Below, piece by piece: positions 1 to 14,604 of a DNA stretch of 64,000 nucleotides. The notes beneath the pieces are model-generated. The model ran no database searches, was not told the DNA's origin, and saw nothing but the letters and a program-made list of their open reading frames with translations. This DNA comes from Trichoplax adhaerens (lineage: Eukaryota > Animalia > Placozoa), in the NCBI RefSeq assembly GCF_000150275.1, contig NW_002060943.1:8130066-8194065 (forward strand), in the 5' to 3' direction. Each line of letters starts with the position of its first letter. The stretch's first letter is position 1. A program made the position numbers and the translations under genes.

Positions 1-755
1 ATCTTGATTACTATTGTAAACATTCCTACTAAAATTATGCTCATACTCTATTGCTTACAATAACATAATCTTTGGCTTATGACCATCAGTTTCTTAATTG
101 TACACTATTCTACGTATGGAAGATACGCTAGGTCTAGCCTTAGCTAAGTGCTAATTATATTATTATAAAAAAAGCAACGTTGCGACCTCATCTATTAATT
201 CTAATGTAAAAATGGTGCAAAAAGCCTCTCACTGGATACCGATCCAAATTAAATCATATATAATCTATACTGTAAGGGATGCCATACAAAATACCTTTAG
301 CACTGTTAGGCAAACAAGCGGAATATGTTGAAGAGAAATTGACAGGAATGAAATAGATGGTTAAATTGCAATACATCCTTCTCACACCTACAGTACCACC
401 ATGATAAATGAACGTATAGATAGCCTGATGCGATCAACCAATTCAGCTTCACTTTTAGGTGGCACATTACTATTCTACACCTATAATATTATCGCCAGAT
501 ACAAATGCAACTGTACTTATCAAAGTACTACTAGTATATGTAGAATCGAAATGATCTCATTGTTATCACCGATAGCCTTTATTATATTCCTTGATGAAGA
601 TGCCTTGCTGCTAATTTTTAAATACTCTCTTTCTATATTTAACATGTTAAATTCGCCGCTTCCACCTGGATGAAAACTTATCCGCACCAATACACCTATT
701 GTATCCAAAAATATCTTGTGCAACTCCAACACAACACCATTCATGATCCGTAAAG

Positions 756-2684
756 ATTACTTGTTCGCCTATCATCCACACGGGTAAGTACTGCACCGTA
801 CAATTAGAATGGATAATTAATGAATTAATAGAACTCGGAGAATGATAGTACTGTATAGATTTCTAGAGACAATATTGTGTAATACTCGTACGAGTATATA
901 GCCATTTCAGAAGCTACTACACTAGAACATTAGGACTAGGTCTAAATCAAAATTTTGCTACACTAGTAATACTGTAGAGTTAATTCTGTAATGACTAAAG
1001 CACTTGTCATTCTGCTGGCAATTATTCCATACAGAGACGAAAGATGTCATAGAGTACAGAAGAAACCTTTTACCGCAATAGCATACAGAGAATGAAAATA
1101 GTACTTTATTTACTGTCTTACAGCCTGATTAGTTGATTACTTGTTTATACATACAGTATTAATAGAATATTCAAACTATTCCCTTTATGAAATTTTCATT
1201 TCCATATACGAGAATATACCGAGTAGTACCAAGGTATCCAAAATATATCATACTCGATACTATACCAGCTGATATTGAAATACTATATAGCAAACATTTG
1301 CACCAATTATCATCACAGGTTGTACATTGTACTGTCACTCAACGAACTAAACTACTAAAAATTTATAATATTGTAAAAACGTAATCTATTGCATAGCACT
1401 GTAGTAAGTTATTGATTATAGGATACAATTCTTTCCAGTTTCTGTTGATGCTTTCAAATTAGAAATTACCATTTTCTCTCTAATATTACAGTATGTCAAC
1501 CCTTGCAAAATCTTTTTACGTATTCCTTTAGCACTAAGGTACATTGATTATAATCATATACAGATTAATAAGCCTAGGGTTTCAGGTCACTTTTGTCGCC
1601 AATGGCAATGACTTTCAAGAGCAATTCCCCGGTATCATCGTACATCCTCTCACACTTAGCTTGGTTTTTCGCTTTCCGTTTATTCGCGATTTTCTCCTAT
1701 CTGTGGGCGTCTGCGATGTAAGTCGTGATAGTTGTCAATACATATTGGAAAAGATGGGCCCTGGACATTCGATTGGTATTGTCATCGGTGGTGCTGCAGA
1801 AGCTTTAGATGCTCATCCGGGCTATTCTAGGCTAAAATTAAAGAATCGACGAGGGTTTATTCGCATTGCTCTTAAATCGGGGTACACGTGTTAATTTTGA
1901 ACAATTTATTCGTATTATAGACCACTGGGATAAACAACTATTAAATTTGTGTAGTAGTCTCAGTTGTCGTTGCACTTCTAGATGATTCTTCATTATTAAA
2001 AGATTTTCCTTAGCTAAACTACAGTCCGTCCTTAAATACTAAGTAAAACTAACTATCTATATGCTCATAATTGACTGAACAATTAATTTATAATAGTGCC
2101 GATTTAGTGCCTATGTATTGCTTTGGAGAGAATGACTTATACGATCAAGCGAGTAACCCGCCAGGATCATGGTTAAGAAATTTTCAGATACGTTTTATGA
2201 GAGCTACAACGTTTATACCACCATTATTTCATGGGCGTGGTGTTTTCAATTATTCTTTTGGTTTATTGCCGTATCGCAAGCCACTGAATGTCGTTGGTAT
2301 GTAACATTATAAAGCAATAATGAGATTAATAACTTTACTAAGAGTTTATTTATTATGCGTATTAGATTCAACTGCTAAAGGAAACTGCTACAATAAATCA
2401 TATGTTGATATCATTATTAAATTGCTATAAATTATAAACTAATCATAAGCAAACCCAGTAAATGGACCATAAAGTTACATTCTATTAGTTTAAATAACAA
2501 CTCGCGCTATTTTTACTACATTTTTACAGTTGGAAAGCCAATTTGCGTAGAAAAGGTTGAAAATCCAACGGAAGAGCAAGTTGCTGAATTACATCAAATC
2601 TATATTAGTTCACTTAAAGAACTATTTACACAATATAGAAAGGAATACAGTACCAATGAAGTCGAAGAAATAAGCCTAATATGA
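756..2684 (+). CDS. DGAT2/MOGAT-family mono-/diacylglycerol acyltransferase, spliced, 5' part unresolved
   Basis: Exons about 756-783 (YLFAYHPHG, the catalytic HPHG motif), 1564-1881 (LISLG...GGAAEAL...RRGFIRIALKSG), 2097-2296 (ADLVPMYCFGENDLY...GLLPYRKPLNVV) and 2530-2684 (VGKPI...TGA). All junctions are GT-AG and phase-consistent. The N-terminal exons could not be identified. Confidence 0.9.
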
Positions 2685-5600
2685 TCAAATCGCAAAGTGG
2701 AAATACAAGTGTATGCATTGGAATAATATTTCAAGCTATACGTATAGTATTAAATTGCGTTTAAAGCTTTCATGAAGACAGTATGATCGTCATCATTGCA
2801 CTACTGTACATTGCATAGAAAATACTGTTCTCTTCAGCATTGATAAAATTGACCCATTTTTTATATCTATGCATTAAAATACAAAAGGATTACTTCTATT
2901 ATATTCTCCTGATCATGCTTACTATTATGGTATTCGATGCTAATTGCAGATAAGTTTTATTGATATATAATATTAAAGACTTAAAATTAGCTTAACAAGT
3001 TATCACATAGTTACTCCGTTAGAATTCTTTACTATACTGTACATGCAATAATGAAGGAAAAATACAAGGCTAATAAACTTCATCAATTATTGTTTGAAAT
3101 CGAAAATTAAAATTGATGTAGATGCTATCTATTCTTGATTAATTAAATACTAGTTAATAGCACAAAATTTATTAAACTGACTTGTACTGTTCTAGCAAAT
3201 TAGTTATAACTATCTTACTCAATAACATACCTGTGCCATGCCTATCTAAAAGTGCATTTTCTATTCTAGTGTATCATAATCAGCGTGAATAAAATATCAT
3301 AGAATATTCAACTACTTAAGCAGTTTCTGTATTGCTTGAATTTGAATTATTCATCAGCTTTGCTATCTATACCTGTCGTAAATTTTGGGACTCTATCTTT
3401 CATTAGCTTATGTTAGAGTTACAATATTGTTGCTAAGAAAATATCACATTTATTGAGGTCATTAATATTGAATTAATGATCAATAAAGACTATTAAAATT
3501 TGTTTTTATCAAATTGGAGCATGGCGACATATCAAATTTCAGCATATCATTCATAGAATAGATATATTATGATCAGAATCATAAATTTATAACGTATACG
3601 TAGTCTACATGGTTCAAAATAGACCGTCCTATAATAATAATACGATTTTTGCTTTATAGAGATTAAATTTACGATTTACTGTAACAATTTTATCAGCAGA
3701 TAACAATAAGAATAATAGCAATGGCTTGTGATTCAATTACTCATAGTTGTCACTTTCACTTGTTTATGTCAGTTTCCAACCTGATTTAACGTCATAATGT
3801 AATAATATGTATCATCAAATGAAATTAACTTACTGTATTGTATTATCTCTATTTCAACACATAAGAATTTTCAAATCCTTCATCACCATATTGTAAGAAT
3901 CATGAAATTATTAATATCATTGCTTAAATTAAATTGTCTTCTTATCTTATTTAATATCAACGACTTAGAATACTTAATTTTTTAACAATAGCGTTCACGG
4001 CTGTCACAAGATACTGTAAGTTTCCCTATAGGGGCATATATATAAAATATGTATCCTTCTCTTTCATTTGGAAATGAATTTGAAAAATGCATGTTCAACT
4101 ATTAACAAAAATAAAGACGTCTGTGTATAATAGTAAAAAGGGTTAGAAAATTACATTAAATTCACTATTTTCTGCTTCAACGACAAAGATGATTTTCATT
4201 TAGAATTTCTGAAAATTATTATCATGTAATGTTGAATCGATTAATCCAATTTCAACTACTATCTCGATGTATAAAACCCAATTATATCAAGTTAAAAATA
4301 TCAATAATATCAATGAATAATAATGACCTGAAGTGGAAAAATTCTTCATCCGGTAGAAGAATTTATGCAAGTAAGAGAACGATATTTAAGCCTGGATAAG
4401 CTTCATTTAGGTACTGATTAAATTTATATGTAATATTGCGTGATTTATGCTATTCATCCTTAAGTGACTGACGGAATCAAAATTATTCGATAATATCAAT
4501 GATTTTTTAGTCATGTACTAATAAAGTTGACGATAATTTTGGCCCCGTAAACAATTACGTACGGGTACGTGCGATATAAAAGCAAAATTGATCATTTATA
4601 ATATGAAAATAAAATTAGAAAGAATGAGATCATACTGTACCACTAAATATAATTATTATCAAATATTACATTCCTTCTATTCTCTTATATATTATCATGC
4701 AAAAATTCGTAGTTATAATAGTGCAAGGCACACTGATTAATTTATTAATGTATTTTTAGGGAATTTATTTATAGCTATCGTAACAAATTTGGGGAAAGGT
4801 GTGCTTAGAATAGAAATAAGACATCACTCTTAACTGATCGTTCAGTCAATAGGCAGTCTTTACAATCTTTTGATAAGTTATTATAGCTAAAAAGGCAATG
4901 ATCTCTTTCTATGACCTGACCCCTTAATTTAGCATATTGAATGAATTATCACCCGTGTCAGAATAAATTGTCACTATTGATCGTCGCAATCATTACAACG
5001 CAAGAAGATTTTCAACCGTAAAATTTATACGCGTCGATTTCCGGTACCATAGAGACGATCTTATCAGTTGTTCTTCTTAATTAATAATAACTTATTTTGG
5101 CTATTCGCATGATACATCATATGCTTATGCCATGGAAACACCTCTTTGTTCCGTACTTCCTATAATTACTTTCACCTGCGTCTGTTTACGGTAATTGAGA
5201 TAAAATGATTGAAAAATTATTCTATTCATCAATCAACCCATATGTGCATTAAATGATAAATGAACGAAATTGAATCAGACCAGATTGTCACGTAATCAAT
5301 CTTATTTTTCATTTTCAAAATCAAATGACTGGTATTAAATAAATGCATCGGACATTAAAGAAAAGAAAATGTCTTAAACAATCATAAATAATAATTATAA
5401 TTAATAAAAATAGATTGAGAATGGCTTACACAATACAGTATTGATGCACGAATTCTTACCTTATTTTATTAATGTATTTTTCTCTTTCAGTGCCCACATA
5501 ACGTTGGATAAATCAAATCCAATAATAATCTATCGAAAGATTTCAGGGTACTCTAACGGTAGATCAAGTTTACGCCATACTTATCAAGATTAACCCCACA

Positions 5601-6103
5601 ATATTTTATCGATTAATATGTATTAATATATACATATTTTATTTAGGTAATCACTTATTTTCATTATCGATAAGAATATGGTACGCTGAAGTCTCTATGA
5701 AGCTAATAGAATAGACAAAGTTAAAGGGTCATTGGAAAAAAATATCTGTGCAAGACAAATATAAAAGACTGTTATACCTCAAGATTTACTAAATTAAACG
5801 GTATATTGTAACCATACAAACGTTCGTCTCATTTTACAGCTTGTAAGTTATCAACAGGAGATCGGTGTCAAATTTAGCAGATATATAATTTGATACCGAA
5901 TAATACAATATAATCTAGAATAGGTCACGATGAACTAATTAACTATTGTTATAATATATTTCTATCTAGATTTACTATCTCTTACTTAATAAATTTATTT
6001 TCTTTCACTAATAAATTAGAATATCACTTAAAATCAAGCCAATTTCTCTAATTGTAGATCACATTTTATATCTCTTTCTTTAAATATATGCAAAAATAGA
6101 ATC

Positions 6104-8752
6104 ATGAATGTAGTCCGGGTATGGAGATTTTGGCAATTTTACTTATTGATACTTTCTCCTACTGTATGGACCCATTGGGCTCAAAATCTCAACAATTCGA
6201 CGCAAGTAATGTTAGCTAGGGATCATGGTGATATCGTTTTAGGTGGATTATTTGCTGCCCATTTCGAATATAATCCTCTCGATCGAAAATGTGCCCATAC
6301 TAGTGAAAGGGGTATCAAGCATATTCAAGCTATGATTTATGCTATACAACAAATTAATAACAATAACCATATCTTACCTAATATTAAATTGGGTTACTAT
6401 ATTCGTGACAGCTGCAATAGCCCAAATTATGCTTTAGAAGAAGCTTTAGACTTTATTATATCAACGTATAATACTAATAATGGCGTTCAACGTTCTCTCT
6501 TACTGTCAAACTTTTGTCATAGTCAACAAGCATCATCAAGTTCGACTACTGATAATAACCAAAATCGTTTACCAAATATTTTCGGTATTGTCGGTGGGCG
6601 AGCAAGTCGTGTCTCCATACCAGTAGCAAGCTTAGTTAGTAATTTCGATATTGCAATGATTAGCTATGCATCTACGAGTCGATTACTGAGTGATAAAGCT
6701 CAATTCGGATCATTTTTTCGTACAGTACCATCGGATGAATTTCAAGCTGCGGCTATGGTTGATATTATTAAACATTTCAATTGGACTTACGTTGCTACTG
6801 TTGCTACTGATGATAGTTACGGAAGGTTAGCGATATCCACATTTAAAAATATTTCTGCCCATGATGGAATTTGTATTGCTGTTGAAGAATACTTCCCCAT
6901 CTTAAATAATCAACAAAAAATTACAGAAATTATTCAACGTTTACGTCGCTATTCTGATGCTGTTATTATTGTAATGTATTGTGCAATTTATGAAGCAACA
7001 TTAGTCTTAAGAGAAGCAGAAAAGCAAAATCTAACTGGTCGAATATTTATTGGATCAGAAGCATGGAGTGATTCACCAAATCTCGTCGATTTTCGTCAAG
7101 ATGTTATTGGCGGTATGTTATCGGTTGTTTTAACTGGTCGTGAAACACAAGTATTTCGGCAATATCTCGATCAACTTGATTTATGTAACAACCTTATTAA
7201 TCCATGGTTTAAACAAATGTGGATCTCTAAAGCAATCCAACGTGGTTATAATATCGATCATTTATTATCCAACTGTTCTATCCCTACTGATTTAAGTGGT
7301 AATAAAACCGATCGATTTTATGACAGTAGTACAGTAACTGCTTATGTTATCGATGCAGTTTACGCCTTCGCTTATGCTTTACACGATATGTACCAATGTG
7401 ATCATCACCACTGTCAGTTTTCAAATCATCAGTTTGACCGGAAAAAATTTTTATCCTACTTGCATAATGTTTCCTTTTCAGCATTAAGCAATCCTGATTT
7501 CTCATTTAATAGTAATGGAGATGTTGTCGCTCGCTATATTATTAAGAATTTACAAAAAGACAAGCAAAGTGGCCATTTAAAATTTACATCGATAGGTGAA
7601 TGGATAGGATATGGCGATAAAGAGGATAGATTAATAATAAATGAAACATTAATACGATGGCAAGGTAATCGCAACTGGACGAATATTCCTGCATCGAGTT
7701 GTAGTCGCGATTGTAATCCAGGAACCTATCGCAAAATGTATCATCAACATCTATGTTGTTGGAAGTGTTTACCCTGCGAAACTGGTCAATATTCTAATTC
7801 TACCAATGCTGACAGTTGTTTACATTGTACAAATGGTTTCCAACCGAACCCTAAGCGATCAGCATGTGTTGAGATCCTACCAGAATTGCTTGAAATTACA
7901 GATCCATTAACTATTAGCATTACAGTCACTATGATGGTATTTTTAATTATTGTTGCACTGGTTTGGTCCCTTTTTATTAAACATCGTCAGTCATCCATTG
8001 TTAAAGCATCGAATTATTTATTATCCCATATATTATTATTTGCCATAACTGTTTGTTTCCTTATCCCACCTCAATTTCTAATTCAACCTACCAACACCAT
8101 ATGTAATAGTATATTTATCTCCTTTAGTCTTGCAGTTTCCCTTGTTTTAGCCACATTGTTAGCTAAAACCAATCAAATAAAGCAAATATTCTTTCGTCAT
8201 TCCATGACTAAAGTAAGAAAACAATCATACTTGATGAAGAATAGCGGCCAAGTGATATTTATTATCGCTTTAGTATCTATCGAAGCCATAATATGTTGTA
8301 TAGCTGTTTTGCAGAATGAAATTCATGTTCGACGAGTCGTATTCGATTCGCGTATCTATCTTATATGCGATTCTACTCATCATCTTGGATTAGCGGTAGC
8401 TATGGGTTATATTGGCATTCTAATGATTACAATTACTTATTTAGCCTTTAAAACTCGCAATCTACCAGAGAATTTTTGTGAGGCGCGTTATTTATGTTTT
8501 ACTGCTGTGGTCTTAACTTGTATTTTAGCATCATTAGTACCGACCTATGTTATTACACCGGGCCATTATCGCGTTGGTGTAGCTACTTTTGGTACAATGT
8601 CATTTGCAGCTAGTGTTCTAATTGCTTTTTACATGCCTAAAGTGTATATTATTCTACATAAACCAGAAATGAATTCAAGACAGAAAACTATGCAAGATAT
8701 TACTAATTTTACCTTTACTGTTTCTAACTTAACGGAAGGAAGACGAGAATAA
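6104..8752 (+). CDS. Class C GPCR (CaSR/GPRC6A/mGluR-like), intronless, copy 1
   Basis: 882-aa ORF with signal peptide, Venus flytrap motifs (GDIVLGGLF, SYASTS, FFRTVPSD, FNWTYV, DDSYG, GSEAW, NPWF), nine-cysteine domain (CCWKC), and 7TM region with AKTN, AFKTRNLPENFCEA and PKVYII. C-terminal tail is short. Confidence 0.97.
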   Translation: MNVVRVWRFWQFYLLILSPTVWTHWAQNLNNSTQVMLARDHGDIVLGGLFAAHFEYNPLDRKCAHTSERGIKHIQAMIYAIQQINNNNHILPNIKLGYYIRDSCNSPNYALEEALDFIISTYNTNNGVQRSLLLSNFCHSQQASSSSTTDNNQNRLPNIFGIVGGRASRVSIPVASLVSNFDIAMISYASTSRLLSDKAQFGSFFRTVPSDEFQAAAMVDIIKHFNWTYVATVATDDSYGRLAISTFKNISAHDGICIAVEEYFPILNNQQKITEIIQRLRRYSDAVIIVMYCAIYEATLVLREAEKQNLTGRIFIGSEAWSDSPNLVDFRQDVIGGMLSVVLTGRETQVFRQYLDQLDLCNNLINPWFKQMWISKAIQRGYNIDHLLSNCSIPTDLSGNKTDRFYDSSTVTAYVIDAVYAFAYALHDMYQCDHHHCQFSNHQFDRKKFLSYLHNVSFSALSNPDFSFNSNGDVVARYIIKNLQKDKQSGHLKFTSIGEWIGYGDKEDRLIINETLIRWQGNRNWTNIPASSCSRDCNPGTYRKMYHQHLCCWKCLPCETGQYSNSTNADSCLHCTNGFQPNPKRSACVEILPELLEITDPLTISITVTMMVFLIIVALVWSLFIKHRQSSIVKASNYLLSHILLFAITVCFLIPPQFLIQPTNTICNSIFISFSLAVSLVLATLLAKTNQIKQIFFRHSMTKVRKQSYLMKNSGQVIFIIALVSIEAIICCIAVLQNEIHVRRVVFDSRIYLICDSTHHLGLAVAMGYIGILMITITYLAFKTRNLPENFCEARYLCFTAVVLTCILASLVPTYVITPGHYRVGVATFGTMSFAASVLIAFYMPKVYIILHKPEMNSRQKTMQDITNFTFTVSNLTEGRRE

Positions 8753-8805
8753 TTTAATACTGCGTAATCAAAGAAGAGAACACCACTCTCTGGTTTCTAT
8801 TTTAA

Positions 8806-9110
8806 TATATACTTAACTAAATTTGACTAATAATAAAAAATTACTACCTAGAGAATATTTGACGAAGGTATATCTTTTTAAGATCTAACGTTTATTCCCA
8901 TTCCAGTTCCTATATTATATACAACATTAAACTTGACTAATGATAGGATATAATTTACTAGAAGATACTTGACGACGGTATACCATTTAAAGTCCAAAAG
9001 TGATTTTCTTTCCAATTTCTATACTGACATTGAATTAAGCTTAACGGACAGTTGTCAATACTAGAAATGGATTATATTTGACGACAGCATGGCATTTTAT
9101 AATCTAATTA
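8806..9110. repeat. Diverged tandem repeat, about 3 x 110 bp
   Basis: TTGACGA core recurs near 8859, 8969 and 9078, each with similar flanks (CTAGA upstream, TTT..A downstream). Confidence 0.65.
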
Positions 9111-11040
9111 CTATTTAGCTGTAATAGCATGATAATTCAGGCACAGCGTCGCTAATTTGAACTCATTAACTTTATTCCTTCTATTACTTAAACATCTAGC
9201 CATACTATACGGTGTTTCAATACATCATAAAAATTGATAGCACAATGATTATATTATGTTACTTATCATTAAGTGAAAGTAAAAATGGTCCTTAGGATAT
9301 TTTGAATGCACTTTATATTGATAAAACGCTATCATATAATTTCCTTTTATTCTTTATTATGCATCTGAGATATGTTAAAGTTTTGAGTTTTAAAAACAAC
9401 AATATTAAAATCGACTAATCAACACTACTGCAAATAGAACTTGTCTTGAAATATTACTTACGTTATTAGCATTTTGTAACGGGTAATTAGTAAATTTCAA
9501 CAGACCATGACAGTCTTAAATTCAAGTGAAATGTATTTTATTCGATGTTCATCATATCTTGGACATATATTATAAGTCATAAGCTACAAAACATTCTTTA
9601 AAAATTAATTTGCCTTAGAATTAAGTCACTGAGATTACGTACAAGGCATCCTATATATAATGTATCATAGTAACATTGTTTGTATTGGAAGGAAGGAAAT
9701 ATTCTACTCCATATACCATATACGAGTATGCATTGGATTCTTAGCTATAAGCTAACTTGAAATAGGAGCTGTATCTTGAAATAAGTCACTGAAGTTATGC
9801 AATATGCAATTATTTGATGCCTGTACATAATAGCGTGGTATCAACTTTACTTTATTAAACGAACTTACACTAAATTAAGCTATTAACACTTTGCTATGCT
9901 CAATTATTAAATATCTATGTATCATAGTACTAAAGTCTAAACTAGAGGAAAGGAAATATTTTATTGTTTACTGCAGGGTAAACGAACTGTAATTTAAAAA
10001 AAATAAACTTACATATAAAAGAAGTCATGAAATATCTGCAATATCTAATTATTAGATTTTAATATACTAAGAGGCTTCTGAATTAAAAAAGAAATGAAAT
10101 ATTAAATTTAACAAAAAGTGTTTTATCTTTCTTTAGCTTAATATACTTTGGCAGTAACCGTAATATATATGGGTAGATTTGGATGAGGAAGTTAAAATAT
10201 CGTCCTAGTCTACAGTATTACGGTAGATCTCATAGATTTTACTAGCATTCATTGCGTTGCAATATGCAAATTTAGTTGCTGACATACCGCGGTGTTTTTG
10301 ATAGAAATCTTGCTTTATAACCGGATAGCAAATATAATATTATATGTTGACTAGTAGCATATTACTAGTGATCTAACTTTCTCTTATCGCAGTCACCTAT
10401 GGCTATCTACCCCTTAACTACAAACACAAGTAAAGGACCAGTATCATTTTTTAGTAAAAAAAGAAATCAAATTCGTTTCTTTCTCTTTAATATTAATAAT
10501 TTACTAGACTAAAATATTCTAGTAAATTATCAACATACAGGTTGATATGAATGATCGCAGATATTTATTATAGGCTGAGCTTTCATTTTGCTATCGGTTC
10601 TGGAGACATATTTTAGAACCATTTATTGAATCGTGAAGCCGACAAATCTAAACAAACGATCCCACCCAAAGTATGAGTATTATGACCACTCTTTCATTAT
10701 CTAACGTGGACATTTAATTAATTGAACAGGAGAAAATATCTCGCTCTATAATGTTTATATAAATCATAAATTAATTGTCTATTCAATATTAATAATAAGT
10801 GTAAAGTAAATTGCCTATATATTGTGATTAACCTATCACGGAGCTTATTAAAATTTTTTCTACCGGAAGTTAAATGCCAAGATAGACTCCTTTGATAAAT
10901 TTGGCCATACTAATAAAACAAATGTTTCGGAATCCTGTCAGGTAATACCTGCACTACCCTAATGATAGTCTAGATATGCTGTTATAAGTATAACTAAAGT
11001 ATATCTGCTCCAGTAAAATACTAACCTCATTAATTTACTA

Positions 11041-11363
11041 TGTTATTATATCTGAAATATAGATCTATATATTTCAGTACCTATGATTATAATGTGGCAT
11101 TATTAGAAGGTTATTAAAAGTTGATATTATAGCTGACTGTTTGTCATCATATCTGAAGTACAGGTCTATATACGAATATCCTAGTACCTATAATTGCAAT
11201 ATGGCTTTATTATAAGGCTATTAAAGCTTGATATAGATCGCTGTCTATCATTATATCTGAAGCATAGGTCCATATATTTTAGTCCCTATGATTATAATAT
11301 GACCATGTTAATAGGTTATTAAAAGATGATATTATAGGCCGCTGTCTATCTCCATATTGAAAT
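11041..11363. repeat. Diverged tandem repeat, about 3 x 102 bp
   Basis: Unit 'tatctgaa..ag.tc.atat...agt.cctat.att..aat.tg....t.attaaa..tgata..ctgt' starts near 11041, 11142 and 11246. Confidence 0.85.
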
Positions 11364-13510
11364 TTCAGTGTCATGATCTATAGTTACACGGTTAGATAAT
11401 TCTACCATACCTGGTGTATGGTCTAAAAATTCTGGCATTAATGATAGTCCTATTATTAGTAGAGAACTAAACATCTTCAGTAGAGTATCGTCATGAGATC
11501 AGAATGTATGCACAGAATATTATTAAAGCCAGTCACGTGGAATACTCCACCGCTTTTAAAAAGTGAAAGAAAGCATTTACTGAGCATTAATATTGCGTGA
11601 TAATAATTATAATTGAAAGTAATTTACAATTGATTATACCCTATACTAGTGCTCTTCTTTCTTACTCATTGTCTCGTGTCTAGTATAATAACTACGGTAG
11701 TAATTTATACAATTATATTTTTTAGTGGTATAAATATGATCGATTCGTCCATAAGATCATTGATTAATAGCTTCTCACATTCAAAGTAAAACTTTAACAC
11801 CTGCAAATGATTGTGTATATTCTAATATGTACACAGAAAACTATAATTTTTAATAGTTTACTTTCATGATATCATGGAAATTTCGTATTACTGTGTTTCA
11901 GCGGAGCAGGAAGATACGTTTAAGATAGTTATTCAATTTACTTAGCGGACAATCCATTAACTGAAACACCATACTGTTTACTTTACAAATCGAAGACAGT
12001 ATCTATTTTAAGTGCTATGATATGATTTTCTAGCTATAATAGATTACTATACATAATTAATGCACTATCGGCTTGTAAAATAGTACTATAGGAAACAGAG
12101 CGATTCGATATCAATTTGTAGCATAAACGCTGATGATCCATACATTTTATTTTATTATGGCAAAATCATTTTAAATGGATTGTTATGGAATTTGTAGAGA
12201 TTGGTAAATTAAAGTATTCATATTCTGAAAAGTACTAATTAAATAGCATACGCAATCTAATTTTTTTCTAATTTTCAATATTAGCTGATGAATGCACTGC
12301 GATATTGGCAGTTTTGGGAAACATGTGTTTCTCAACGTCATCAACGGCTATAATTAAAATCGATACCCTAATCGGTACCAACAATAGAAAATTAAGTATG
12401 CCATTTTAAATAATCCCATCATAATAATTATCAATGTTGATCAAAGATTTTAAAATTTATTGATTGCGAAGGTTATTCAAATATGTTTTATTTGTTATCA
12501 CCTTAAGTATATTATGATAACATTTTCCCACTAGTACCATCATGCACTTTAAGTCAATATTTATTCATTCCTATCTTAATGGTAACTTACGAGCCATGTC
12601 TTACTGGTATAAATGTTTCCATCCATTAGCTTTCCGATAATTGCACCTCTTGAATATTATTACAATAATTTTAATACTAAGATAGAAGGGATACTTAAGA
12701 AAATGATAAAATAGTGTCTTTACATGTACCCTAGATTAACTAGACATGGTTACCTTCTTTCTAATGTATAAATCGCGTGCAGTAAGCTATAACGGATGCA
12801 TTGTTATAAATCGATGACATTTTATTTAATCCTTTCTTTTCTATTGCATGCTAGAACGATGGGATATGATGGTTAGGTATCATTAATTCATATTCAATAA
12901 AGTATTCATGATATGTTTTATTCCACATCAATCATTAATGGGAGAAACTGAAATAGTCTTTGATTGAATGCATCAATAGATCAAGCGTATTTTCTTATAA
13001 CTGTGACTGTAACGATTAAGTCTACTAAAAAAGTTCTTCGTTGAGATATGTATAGAACATAAGATTTGTTTAATCGGCCCTTAAAAAATTGTTATTGTTA
13101 ATGCTATTTCATTTTCCAACTTATACAAGCTATATTCTATTTCTGTATTAGTTGATCTTATACTGTAGATAACTGTCTTACATAATCAAAAAATAGCAAA
13201 GAAACCTAGTCTTCACTTCTTAATTAATTATCGCTAACTTTACTGTACTATCAAAAATGTCAAAAAAGTTAAAGTTGTAATTCGTTTTTAATATTTTTTC
13301 TGCCGCGATTTTAATAGAGAAGTGATTTTTATAGCAGTAACAAACTAATATGTCAAGGTAGGAATCAAAGAAAATTAACTGATCTAAACTGACAAACTGA
13401 AATGGATATACACATAATATTTACAGATTATCGTTTCAAAAGCCGAAATAACCCTCTCAACTCCTTCCTTTTTTTTAAAATATGCCCTTTATGATTATAT
13501 GGGAAAATAA

Positions 13511-13795
13511 GGGAAGTTTCAGATAATATATGACATCACTTTAGGTCTCACTTTCAGCTTTGAACCATTTCATTTATCTGGAATATTATCAATTTTACTG
13601 CAGATCTTTTATACCATACTGAGTGAGGATTTTAAAAGTACTGTCGATAATTAAGAGGGGCTTCAGACGATATATCCCATCACTTTAGGTTTTAATCTCA
13701 GGTTTGAACTCTGTCATCTATCTGAAAAATTATCAATTTTACCCTAGTTCTTGTATCATATTAAGTGTGGACTTTGAAATTACTGTCAAGAATTA
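13511..13795. repeat. Tandem duplication, 2 x about 144 bp
   Basis: CATCACTTTAGGT at 13534 and 13678; TTATCAATTTTAC and TACTGTC are repeated at a similar offset. Confidence 0.85.
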
Positions 13796-14604
13796 TTTAA
13801 GAATTCGCTTGCCTCTAAATGGAAATAGTGTGAAATAGAGAAATTTGTAGACAGCGTTTTAATCTCATTGAGATATAATAATCTTTTCCGATGGGATAAG
13901 CAATCTCTGTACATGATAAAGAAATACTATCTATAAAGGATTATATTTTATACATAGTACAACTTAAAACTACTAGAAAGTCAATCATAGTACTAATCCG
14001 CAAACATATAAATAGAAGGAATTTTAATTAAAAACATGGAAAAGAAAAGTTTTCTCTTTCAAGAAGGATATTACGGTACTGTAGTCGTTTAATTAATTCT
14101 TTTTTACGTGATAAATGGTTGAATACAAGTTATAGCACTGTTTATTTCAAACTGAATTCTTCTTAAGCTAGAATACAAGACGATAAGTTAGATACCCGAT
14201 TTAATTTGATTGACAACATCATTTTAATCAATAATAACTAGGTTACAATAGAAGCAATCCGTATAGAAAATACATCAAGATACATTAAAGATAGAAGTAT
14301 TTAAATTAAAACTAATATTTTTACTTAGAATTTGAATTTGTTATAATGGTTTGATGGATATGAATAGTAAATGACGGATTTTAATGCTGGAATCAATCTT
14401 GACGTAATTTCACCTATTCAACTGAATAATCTTACAATAAAATATTGCAATTCCTCCTAGAAGGAATATGAGCGGATATCTTGATCAGAAACAAGCTGTA
14501 ATCCTTTTCATACAGTCTGATGGCGTAGGTAGCAACTTCATATCCATTCTTCTATGCCTATAGTTGATGTATTATTAACTCTATCCATAGGATAAAAGAA
14601 TTTT

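Noticed and set aside
5490-5970. Possible non-coding 5' exons of GPCR copy 1
   Set aside because: Splice-like signals are present but cannot be told from background without transcripts.
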